DNA of 56,825 nucleotides from Perkinsus olseni (Eukaryota): NCBI GenBank assembly GCA_013115125.1, contig JABANN010000176.1, positions 1 to 56,825 of the forward strand, read 5' to 3'. Shown piece by piece: positions 24,980 to 34,700 of this stretch (position 1 is its first letter; each line of letters starts with the position of its first letter). The notes under the pieces were generated by a model. It saw only the letters and a program-made list of their open reading frames with translations, ran no database searches and was not told where the DNA came from. The position numbers and the translations under genes were made by a program.

Positions 24980-26122
24980 TCAGAGATTACTCTTCACCTT
25001 CGGCATAATAACAACGCCCGCCTTGGTCGCCTCCTTCACTACCTCATCTTTATTAAGATAATCCAGAATCTTCGCTGTGCGCGAAGATATCTTCCCGCCT
25101 TTCGCCGGAACAACAACCCCATCCAATTGTGGTGCGGGTTTTGGTAGTCCTTTTCCGTAGACGAATAAATTGGTATTATTCTTAGCCTCGGCAATTGTTA
25201 ATATCGGAGAGACACAGGATTCCCGAAGATCAAAGATTCCCATCCACTCGTCCAACCTCTTCTGTTTGATAATATTTTTACTTCTCTCAATCAGCCGCGG
25301 CCATCGGCTCGAGTCGGCATGACCGATAATAAAATCTTCATCATCTTCGACTCCCATCCCCTTCAAGAACTTCTGATAGAATTTTCGTTCAATCGCCCCG
25401 ACTGCGAGATGCCGTCCATCCAGCGTTTCATAGACATTATAAAAATGACTTTCATATCTCAATATTCCACCACAGCCCTTCCAATCATTCAAAAGTGAAG
25501 TATCTTTCGACATCATGGCATAAATAAATGATGAAAGATACGTCACCCCTTGTACCATATTACAATCAATAACCTCCCCTCTATTGGTGATGTCCCTTCG
25601 TCGCAATGCCAATAAAATACCAAAAGCGCAAAGAAGCCCACCACCAGCAAAATCCGCTACAATATTAATCGGTGGAAGTCGATGTGGTAAAATATCCAAA
25701 ACACCGGTGGCGGCGAGGTAGTTGATGTCGTGGCCGGCGTATTGCCATGAAGGAGAATCTTCAGGTTGACCGTAGCCCGTCAGACGTGCATATATAATCC
25801 GCGGGTTGATATTATTGAAGACCTCCTTCGCACCGAATCCGATCTTTTCCATCACCCCCGGACGGAAGGGGTCAATAAGGACGTCTGCTGATTTTAGTAA
25901 TTGTCGTATCACCTGACCGCCCAGTGGCGATTTAATATCAATATTAATAGTAATTTTGTTATTTCTATTCAACACATCATTACCATCACCACCATTTATT
26001 TTATTTATTTTTATTACCGTAGCACCGAAATCAGCGAGCAATAGCCCACAGAAAGGCCCGGGTGCCAAACCACCAAACTCCACGACAACAATACCCGATA
26101 ACGGTAGACGGCTGGTCATCAT
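24980..26122 (-). CDS. AMACR: Alpha-methylacyl-CoA racemase / CaiB-BaiF CoA-transferase family III, intronless
   Basis: 380-aa ORF: PLSGIVVVEFGGLAPGPFCGLLLADFGATV, ADVLIDPFRPGVMEKIG, RLTGYGQ, GHDINY, NIVADFAGGG; C-terminal -SNL is PTS1-like. Confidence 0.95.
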   Translation of the reverse strand: MMTSRLPLSGIVVVEFGGLAPGPFCGLLLADFGATVIKINKINGGDGNDVLNRNNKITINIDIKSPLGGQVIRQLLKSADVLIDPFRPGVMEKIGFGAKEVFNNINPRIIYARLTGYGQPEDSPSWQYAGHDINYLAATGVLDILPHRLPPINIVADFAGGGLLCAFGILLALRRRDITNRGEVIDCNMVQGVTYLSSFIYAMMSKDTSLLNDWKGCGGILRYESHFYNVYETLDGRHLAVGAIERKFYQKFLKGMGVEDDEDFIIGHADSSRWPRLIERSKNIIKQKRLDEWMGIFDLRESCVSPILTIAEAKNNTNLFVYGKGLPKPAPQLDGVVVPAKGGKISSRTAKILDYLNKDEVVKEATKAGVVIMPKVKSNL

Positions 26123-26286
26123 TCAAAACGCTGCGGACGTTGAGTTTAGTGCAAACAGGAATTTGCGAAATTGCAGTAATGCTGAAACTAAAGCGCGCTC
26201 GCCCCGAATCGAAGCCAGGGAAAGAAAGACATCCCTAGAGGTGCCGTTCCACTTCGCGAGAGGAATTGAGATGTGAACCAAGCGGA

Positions 26287-26358
26287 TGAACAACCCCGGA
26301 ATCGAACCGGGATCGCTCGCTATGTTGCAGGCTGCTCTACATACTCAGCTAAACCACT
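26287..26358 (-). pseudogene. Degenerate tRNA-like element in the divergent strand-switch region
   Basis: Reverse complement has A-box-like TAGCTGAGTATGTAGAGC and a perfect T-arm CCCGG-TTCGATT-CCGGG; anticodon and acceptor stems do not pair. Confidence 0.6.
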
Positions 26359-26454
26359 GCACATTAACGAGGTAAGTCGCAATGGTTCACCCCGCCTTAG
26401 GTGATTTATTTTTTGAGAGCATTCCATAGGATGGCCACCTACCATGTTTACCGG

Positions 26455-26544
26455 AATTTCGTGGCCCGCGACGGCGGTAATTTCGTGGCGCGCGACGGTA
26501 GAAGTTTCGTGGCGCGCGACGGTGGTAATTTCGTGGCGCGTGAC
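26455..26544 (+). repeat. 4x 24-bp tandem array of the dispersed AATTTCGTGGCGCGCGAC motif
   Basis: Copies start at 26455, 26479, 26503 and 26527. Confidence 0.95.
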
Positions 26545-26848
26545 AGCAGGCGATTTTGGTACATCGCAGTGTACTTTTGGTGCTGCTCTATCATTGTGGC
26601 CCCCCCATTTGGAAGTGGGTCGTCTATAGTATCTATCAAGCTGGGATCAGTAGAATAATAATTATCAACGGTAATCTGTGGAACGCCAGAGTCGACCTCA
26701 AGATACGTTTTACACCCTCGCTCAGGTGCGTGGATATATCTTGAAATTTGACTATTAATCGATATAACTTGGCTATTAATGTAGGAGGGAATCTGGACGT
26801 TAAGCGTGCAAGATACAGAATATGTCAAGTCGGTGCTCATCTCCACAG

Positions 26849-29800
26849 ATGGATAAATCAAACCTTATTGTTAACTATCTTCCATCTACATTCACCGAGG
26901 CAGATCTACTGGAGATGTTCGAAAGATACGGCGCGATCCAATCGATCAAGGTAGTAATATCAGTGGCCCTTTCCCGAATAAATTCTGTCGGCTGCTTCGA
27001 TTTTGTAAAAAAAAGATTTTTTTCGTGTTCAACAGACCCTCTCCTGAGGTGGAGGCTTCTGGAGGGGTCTATTGGGCTGTTCAAAATACCATCATTTTCG
27101 AAATGGACAAACTCACTAAAAAGTAATTTTTCATGGAAAATTCGGGAAAAATAGTCAATTTCAATACTAATTCTCAGCTCTTCATATTTTCGTGTTCTTC
27201 GTGACTGTGAGCGTTACCTTTTGCCCACTGGTATTAATATCCCTTCACACTGGTCGTTCATCCCCCACCGTCGAACCCCATCCCCATTTCCCCCTGTCAG
27301 ATTGTTCGCGATAAGACGACCGGTATCTCTATGGGATTTGGTTTTGTAAACTTCGAGACGAACGAGGGAGCTGAAGCTGCCGTGGATGCTCTTAACTGTA
27401 GTACCTGAGTTTATTCTCTCTTCCGGTCTGCAGTCGGAGATCTCTGTCACATGCAACTGTACGGCTCTTCCCGGACGTATCCAGTCATCGGAACGACTTC
27501 ATGTCGTCTTACTGGATGGTTTGGTCCGGCCGGTTAATGGGAATGGCGGATTAGTACTTTCTCGATGATTGCGATTATTACACTAAGATATGCTACGCCA
27601 GAGGTTGATCTGTAGTGTGCATGGCTGGGAGTATCTTTATCAGGTACAGTCTTACCAGAAGGCAAGCGGATGAAAGTCTCCGTGGCTCGCCCGGCGTGGA
27701 AGGCAAATATTCACAGCAACTTATACGTGTCCGGCCTCCCTCTCTCCTACACTCGAAAAGATGTAAGAAAATTTCTCGGAATAATTTCGTGGCGCGCGGT
27801 CATCGTTGTTATCGTCGTCGTCGTCGTCGTCGTCGTGGTGCAGATTGACGATTTGTTCGGCCCAGAGTACACATCCCATATCGAGAGCATGCGGCTGCTG
27901 TACGACCAAGGCGGCCAGAAGTTCCGTGGAATTGCAGTGGTCCGGTTCGACACGGAAGAAAGCGCCTACAACGCGATGAGGGCATTTGCCAACTGCCAGT
28001 TGACCGACCCTGTTTCTAAAATAACATCTTCTATGCAGCTAAAGCCTTGGAGGTAAGCCTTATGAGGCTTGCTGGGATAGATCCGGGGGTCTGTGGGATG
28101 ATAGTTAGGCGCTCGTCCGTGTGACTAAGTTGGAGGTTGATAGAGGTCCATGTCGGGAAATTTTTAGGTCCTGGTGATAATAGTCCCCGCCGTGTAGCGA
28201 CTGATATCGCTTGAATGTTGAAGGGTGTATTCCGTGGTGAACTCGGGCGTATCTCATGTTACCTGTTTCGATCGCGGAAATTCCTTATCCATTATCCAGG
28301 CCCGAGTTCAGAGCTGATCGTGTGGACTCGGAAGTGATGAGAGATCAGCTTCTGCGTCAGCAGCGGTCCACGACGATGCAGCATCTTCAACCGGTTGTTG
28401 GCGGTGTTGCGGGGCCTAGGGGTAGTAGTACTTGCTCTCGCGGCGTTGTTAATAACGGCTGTGGATCGACCGGTCGTTAAAAGGTGCTCGAGCGTATTCT
28501 ACTGGAGCGCTCAATATCAAGCCAACGGCAACAGGAGGGGCCTCTCAACTAACGTGAGAGAGAAAGTGTCCTTCCCGTGGATCGAACCTGGGTCTTTAGG
28601 TTACCGCAGCAGCCGTCCGAGTCCAGCCGGTATAGCTCCCGCTCGAGATTCGCCAGCAGTAGTATACCCACTGGTGAGCCTCCACGCGACAACTCCACAG
28701 CGTAGTCCTGCGTGTAGGTGTTACTCGGGACTACAGACCACAGCTAGAGGTGTCAGAAAATCAGCAGACCAGCGGCAGCAGAAGCAGTTGGGACAGCGTC
28801 TGGAATGAGTAAGTTCCTTGCAGGAGTGGGTGGCGTGGTCGGAATACTGTGGGCGAATAGACTCTCCGGTCGACAAAGTAATTCTGGAAATCAGAATGGA
28901 TTCTAGAATCGATTCTGGGATTCAGAATTGGCTCGCTGAACACGCCTGAGTTATAGAGGTGGGCGACTGTACGGGTACGGTCTAGTACGGAGTACGGTAC
29001 GGGTAGTACGAGTACGACTCCGTACTAACCGTACTACCCGTCCCAGGGGCTCCCAAGTACCGTACTAGTACGGCGTACTTGAAGTACGGCGTAATTTAAT
29101 ACCCGTATGCGTTATTTGATATAGTTAATACGTACTAATTCTCCGTACCCGTACGAAGTAGACAGTTTGGAACGTACTCCGTACCGTACGTTCCTCGACC
29201 CCAGTACGGTTGCCCTACTCTACTCTACTGAGTTATCCGTGGGTGGGAAGCCAGAAATTTGGAAAGTATGGCGAAGAGGGACTTTTGTTGTATTGCTGGT
29301 GGACAGTGGTTCCATACCTGATGGTTTATTCGACCCGCTCCCAGTTGGACCGTCCGAGGACCTTCTTTACTACGGGGCATTCCTGTGAGAGTACTCGTCG
29401 GTAGATTAACGTCAACCTTTGGTTGCGGGCGGCTGTATTACGTATCTTTATCTTCGTCATGAACCTTGTTCGACCTTAGATACCTCCATCACGCCATTAA
29501 CGCGCAGGCGGCCCATCAGCACAAGAGCGGCGACGGCTCCGGAGAGGCAGCGGGATTGGTACCGCCACCACCTCCTCAACTTCTTGCTGCCGCTGCTGCT
29601 GGTAAGTATCTTCAAGACACCATCTTGCAATCTTGCAATTCCTCAATTTCCAGCGGCTGATCCGGCGTATATAGTGCAGGCGGCGGCCGTAGCTGCGGCA
29701 GCTATCGGCCAACAGGGTGGTGGATTACCGGGTAATTACCAATAACCGTTTCATTGGAATTACAGGGCGAGCGAAATTGCCATGTGTTTTTGACAGGTTT

Positions 29801-31016
29801 CTTGAGTGGTGGTGGAGGCGCGCTGCATACGCCCGGAGTACTATCGCCTCAAGGACTGCAGACGGGCCGCGCCGGGGCCTTGGCCGGCAGTGGTGGGTCG
29901 AGGGGCGACAGGCGACGTCGATTGTCCGCCTACTCTCGCTGCTGTTGTAGCGTTGTTGGCAGCCCCTCAGTCGTCGGCTGCTGCTGCTGCTGCGCCATCC
30001 TCATCGTCATCACCACCCGCCGCTTTGTTTATCTTTCATCTTCCGCCGGAGTGCGATGATTCGACCTTGCGGTGAGGAGGATAATTTTGTGGCGCGTGAC
30101 GGTTGTTGCAGGTGATGGCCTTTTTTTCAGAGTGCTTTTTGAGCAGTACGGTCAGCTGGACTCGGTTAAAGTGGTGGTGGGCAAGGGCTACGGCTTCGTC
30201 AACTTTGTGGACTGGGACTGTGTACTACGGACGGGTGGATGTTAATCTCGCTCGCCCGGAAGGGTTATGTTGAATCTACTTGGACCAGATCGTCTTCGTT
30301 AGGAAGTACTATCAGAGTAGCGTGTGCGGCAAGGGCGGTGGCTGCGCCCTCCGGGTAGTAGTGTGTGTGAATTTCGATCGTATCGAACCTGTTGCAACGA
30401 CTTCTGCGCACGCCTAGCCGCAAAGGTGTGCGACCGCTGCGACCTGCGTCAAATCCTAATACTTATATCAGTGGGTGATGGAATTCTCGATGGTATTGGC
30501 GTTTTAGTCAGTGGGTGTGCAGTCACGTGGGACGTGCTGTCAATGGAATCACGAGGCGCGCGCGATTCGGATGGACTCATTAGTGAGAGTTGTGTTTTAT
30601 TGGATCGGTTGTCAGGCTCAGCGGGCTGTTGATGCGTTGAACGGGTTCAAGTTGGGCAGCAAACGTTTGAAGGTCGAATTTAAGAAGGCCCGGAATGATT
30701 CCGCCGCGTTGGCCCCGGGCCGGCAGGGACCAACGCCGCCTGCTAGCTCTTCCACTCAACAGTTTGGAGAAAAGATCGCAGAGGAATTGGACGGGGGCGC
30801 AGGTGGTGAAGGAGAGAAGGCGCAGGAGGGAGAGTTGCCAGGTAGTCTAATGGGTAGAGCGTCAGTCTTTCTAACGGAAGGATGTGGGTTCCATTCTAGG
30901 AGAAGTCATTATTTATTTTTTCAGCCGGTAGCCCGGAGAAGAGTGAAGATCTGCGGCAAAGCGCCGAACCAGCACCATCTGGTGAACCTCTTTCGATCAC
31001 TACTACGGCGAAGTAG
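26849..31016 (+). CDS. ELAV/Hu/Sex-lethal-like RNA-binding protein with three RRMs, multi-exon
   Basis: MDKSNLIVNYLP...SIK|IVRDKTTGISMGFGFVNF...KRMKVSVARP...SNLYVSGLP; RRM3 ALFIFHLPPECDD...KGYGFVNF...ALNGFKLGSKRLKVEFK; stop at 31014-31016. Confidence 0.9.
28554..28609 (-). other. Intron containing a tRNA 3'-half (antisense to + strand host)
   Basis: GTGAGAGAGAAAGTGTCCTTCCCGTGGATCGAACCTGGGTCTTTAGGTTACCGCAG. Confidence 0.8.
28954..29227. mobile_element. Non-autonomous hAT-like MITE in an intron of the RRM gene
   Basis: 8-bp direct repeat CTGAGTTA at 28946-28953 and 29228-29235; ends TAGAG.../...CTCTA with imperfect inverted GGGCRACYGTAC; interior dense in CGTAC/GTACG motifs. Confidence 0.8.
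30842..30924 (+). other. Intron resembling a nearly full-length degenerate tRNA (sense)
   Basis: GTAGTCTAATGGGTAGAGCGTCAGTCTTTCTAACGGAAGGATGTGGGTTCCATTCTAGGAGAAGTCATTATTTATTTTTTCAG: A-box-like and B-box-like motifs at tRNA spacing. Confidence 0.7.
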
Positions 31017-31735
31017 CTCCTGAAGACACCTACGCTTTTTGGGTAGTCTATAAATAGTAGTCGAGTAACCAAGTTGATGTCACTTTTGTCGATGGCAACT
31101 AACCGAGACGACTGAATGATCGAGTGATGATCTCTTTTCTACTTTTGATGTTGCCAATCTTTGCATATGCAAATTACTGTAGCGGCAGTTTGTAGCGGCA
31201 ATACCGAGGAGTTGTTGTTGTTGTTGTTGGAGGAGGAGGAGGAGGAGGAGGAGGCCTGGCCACCTCGCTCATCGGGTGGAAAAATCGCTCATCCATTATT
31301 GTTATTTTCTATTATCGACTTCAGTTGAATGGTAGTATTTGATGATAGTGATGATGAGGCATATCGTTGATAGTTGATGATAACGTATTTCTGTGACGAC
31401 TGAGTGTTGCTTTGTTCTACAATGCTGCTGCAGGGGATTTGGTCTAGTGGATACTCTGATTGTATAACATTGAGGAGGTTGTAGGTTCGATCCATTCGTC
31501 TGCTGCTAGGTTTCCGGCAACTCTAGTAAATATCTCCTACACGCGTCGATTCTTCCATCCGCTTTGGCTCGAGTCTTCTCCCCTGCTTTGGCGAGTAGCC
31601 CCCTCTCCGTCAGACGCTGTCAACAACCACCGTCTACAACCCTCGTCCTTTTCTTAGCTGCAATAGATTCGCCTCTGATCGTCTCTCCACCGCAGGATTG
31701 GTCCTCACCTTAACGTATACACTGTCTTCACTGTA

Positions 31736-34700
31736 ATGTCGTCGTCATCATCCCCTCCTCCCAACGCTGAGTTCAAGGCGGCCAATGCTGCCGCTAACGA
31801 CCCTGAGGGCTGGCGGTGCGACGGATGCTTCTGCAGGAATAAAAAGGAGGATGTTATATGTGTTGTCTGTGAAGCGGTAGTTATGGGAGGAATCTATTGG
31901 TCATCATGGCATATGGCAGAGAAAAAGATATGCGTATCTTTCTGACTGAGTAAACATACAGTGAGGTCGAACTTATACTCAACTTCACTGAAATACGTCA
32001 TGTCTCCGCTTCGCTTCGCCGCTCGAGTGCGAAGATTGGACCACCAGTGATGCGGCTGCTATTGAGCGTTGAACTCGGCATTGGTGGTGCCTCAGCCCAA
32101 CCCCAATCTGAGCGCTGAGGATATCGAACGACTGAAGAAGCAGAAGGAGGAGGAGAAGAACAAGTTGATTTCTATGTTTCATACTAATGATGATAATAAC
32201 AGCACTGGTAGGTGGTAGGCTGTGCGATTATTATGATACTGGAAATGAACCTGTCTACAGGGTTCTCACTTTCTCATCGAATTTGATAATTCCTTATACA
32301 AAGTTTTGGGAGGGTGAAGGTCTTCGCTGTATCGTTTTAACTGAATTCCACGTCGTGGTTGCAAAGCGGCAAATTTTTTGGAAAGCAAATCTGCAGTAGG
32401 CAGGGAATGGCTATTCTCCTCCTAGCGGTGTGAAGGAAGTGCAGGGCGTTCATAGGAGGGGTTCATCTCATTAATCGGAGGACGAGTTGTTGATGGCGTG
32501 ACTGATGCCTGATCAGCTCCGAAGCCGACTGGATTCGGAGTATCTGCCGAAGCAGCACCTCCATCGGCTACCACGTTCACCTTCGGCCAACCACAGACCA
32601 CGACCAGCCCAGAGGCTGGCAAGCCCTTCGTGTTTGGAGCTCCCACGGCCAATGACGCGGCTGATAGCTCCAACGCTCAAACGTGAGTATCGGGTTGGGA
32701 GTTGCCGGTGATCAGGTGTCCGGCATAATTTTTGAATAACCAAAAAAGGGGTTGTGATTTGTAATTTGTACCCCATAATTTTTGGGTGGTCCCTGCCCTG
32801 GGGTTGTATCACTTCGACCCGTCCTTGCATTCTGTAGTGAGTGTGATCGCTGATGTTTTCGTGATCGCGAAATCCGCTGCGGAGCCGCTAGGAGTCAGCC
32901 GCCGCCGAAAGCTGCTATTCATTCCTCCTGCGGTGAATGATGGCGCATTTCTGATTTCAGGATATCCCCTCCGAGCGCTACCCCGTCGTTCGTGTTCGGA
33001 GCTCCTTCGACGACGTCAGCTGGCTCGTCGGCCAACACGACTCCCATCACTTTCGGATCGGCACCGGCAGCGGCGGCGGCCCCTGCTGGGTCTGGCTTCG
33101 TACCAAAATTGGGAGATGATAAGAAGAGCGATGAGAAGTGAGGCGGACATGTTTTTTATCGACAAGTTGAACTGGATTTTATTATAATAGACGCGTAAAC
33201 ATAATATTATGTTTACGCGGATTTTTCTGTCGCGTGCTGTTCTTCGGTTCCGAGCGCGTCGTTAGTCACGTAGTTTGAGAGGAAAGCAGAAAGTCCATTT
33301 CCATTTCGAGCTCCCTGGTGGAATCGGCAGTACCACAGCATTTTTGCTCCTCATCCATCCATCCTCGTCGTCGTCGTCTTTCTTTCTACAGCACCATAGG
33401 AAATGTTGCAGCATTCGTCGTCGTGGGTAAAAGGAAGGGGGCAAAATTCTGGAGAAGCCGGGTTGCGGTTCAATCATGTGCGCTCTCGGCCACGTCGTGT
33501 TGTGTACTCGGAACTTTTGGGCGTCGTTTGAGTGTGGGAGTTGCGAAAGGAGTGGTATTTGTTCAGGTTTAAGGAGCTGTCTGATAAGCCCGACCTCGAT
33601 AATGGAGACCTCCTGCATTTGGGTAAGCACTCCCTCTCTCGTTATGGTTATTCCAGTTATTGGTCATGGAGTGGTACTCAGTTTCCCAAGTGTACCCGTT
33701 TTCGGGTAAAATCGATGATATCATCCATTCAACCGTTTCCCTTTTGTTTGTTATTATGAAGTGCAGAGGTCTTCCCCCATTCCTAATAATTTAATAGTCG
33801 CCCTCTCGCTGCTCAGGTGCGGTGTATGTCCATGGTTCGGGAGAGTGTGAACAGCTTGGGTTGGGAGATGCTGTCCTGGAGAGAAGGAAACCGACGAGTA
33901 TCGATAAGATTTGCATGTCCACGTTGGGATACAAAATAACGGTAGTACCGGGTTTGAGGGAGAAATCGTTCGTCGTTTTGCCCATAGACAATACACGTGG
34001 ACGCTGGAGTCTCTAGCTGTCGTACGGTCCGTAGCTGTATGCATTGGACTGTGGTTATGAATGCTATCGGCAACTGCTCGGTGATAGAATCGAAAATGCA
34101 TGGTAAAAATGAGTAGAATTTTTACCGCATACCATCATGGGGATAATGGAGGTTAAGTCATAGCGAAGAAACGACTGGTCTTCTGTTTCGCTTCTCATCG
34201 GAAATGCACGGTCTGTAGCGTTTCTGTCCGCTAGTTAGCTATTTCATTCTGATGCTTAGGTAACGCAGATTGCAGTAGGGGCTCTGCACACTCTAGCACT
34301 GGATGCCACATCGGGGAAGGTGTAAGAGGGGAGAGAGTATTGTCGTCCTTCATGATGACTCGGTGGAAAGTTGGTATTGGTTTCATCATCCAGTGGTATG
34401 TACTTAGATTCTCTTGGGGGTGTAATGATGATGGTGCGCTCGGCCGCCTCGGTCCCGAGAATCAGCCCAGGTCGATTGATGGAATGGAAGGTACGAAAGG
34501 TGTGGTATGATTTTCCAAAATCACCTGTAGTTTAGTTTTGTCGATGTGAGAGAGCGAGCTCAAAATTTTTAACGGAGCTCCAACGCTGAGGGAATCATCC
34601 CGCGGATTTACCGGCGAAAATGAATTCGATAAATCTCGGAAATCATGAGCCCTATTTTCAGGGGTGGCTGTCCGTTCGATCGCTGCCGGCGATAACCATT

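Noticed and set aside
26455-26544. CRISPR-like array interpretation of this and the 41-bp and 28-bp repeats
   Set aside because: Units are head-to-tail with no unique spacers, there are no cas genes, and the context is eukaryotic
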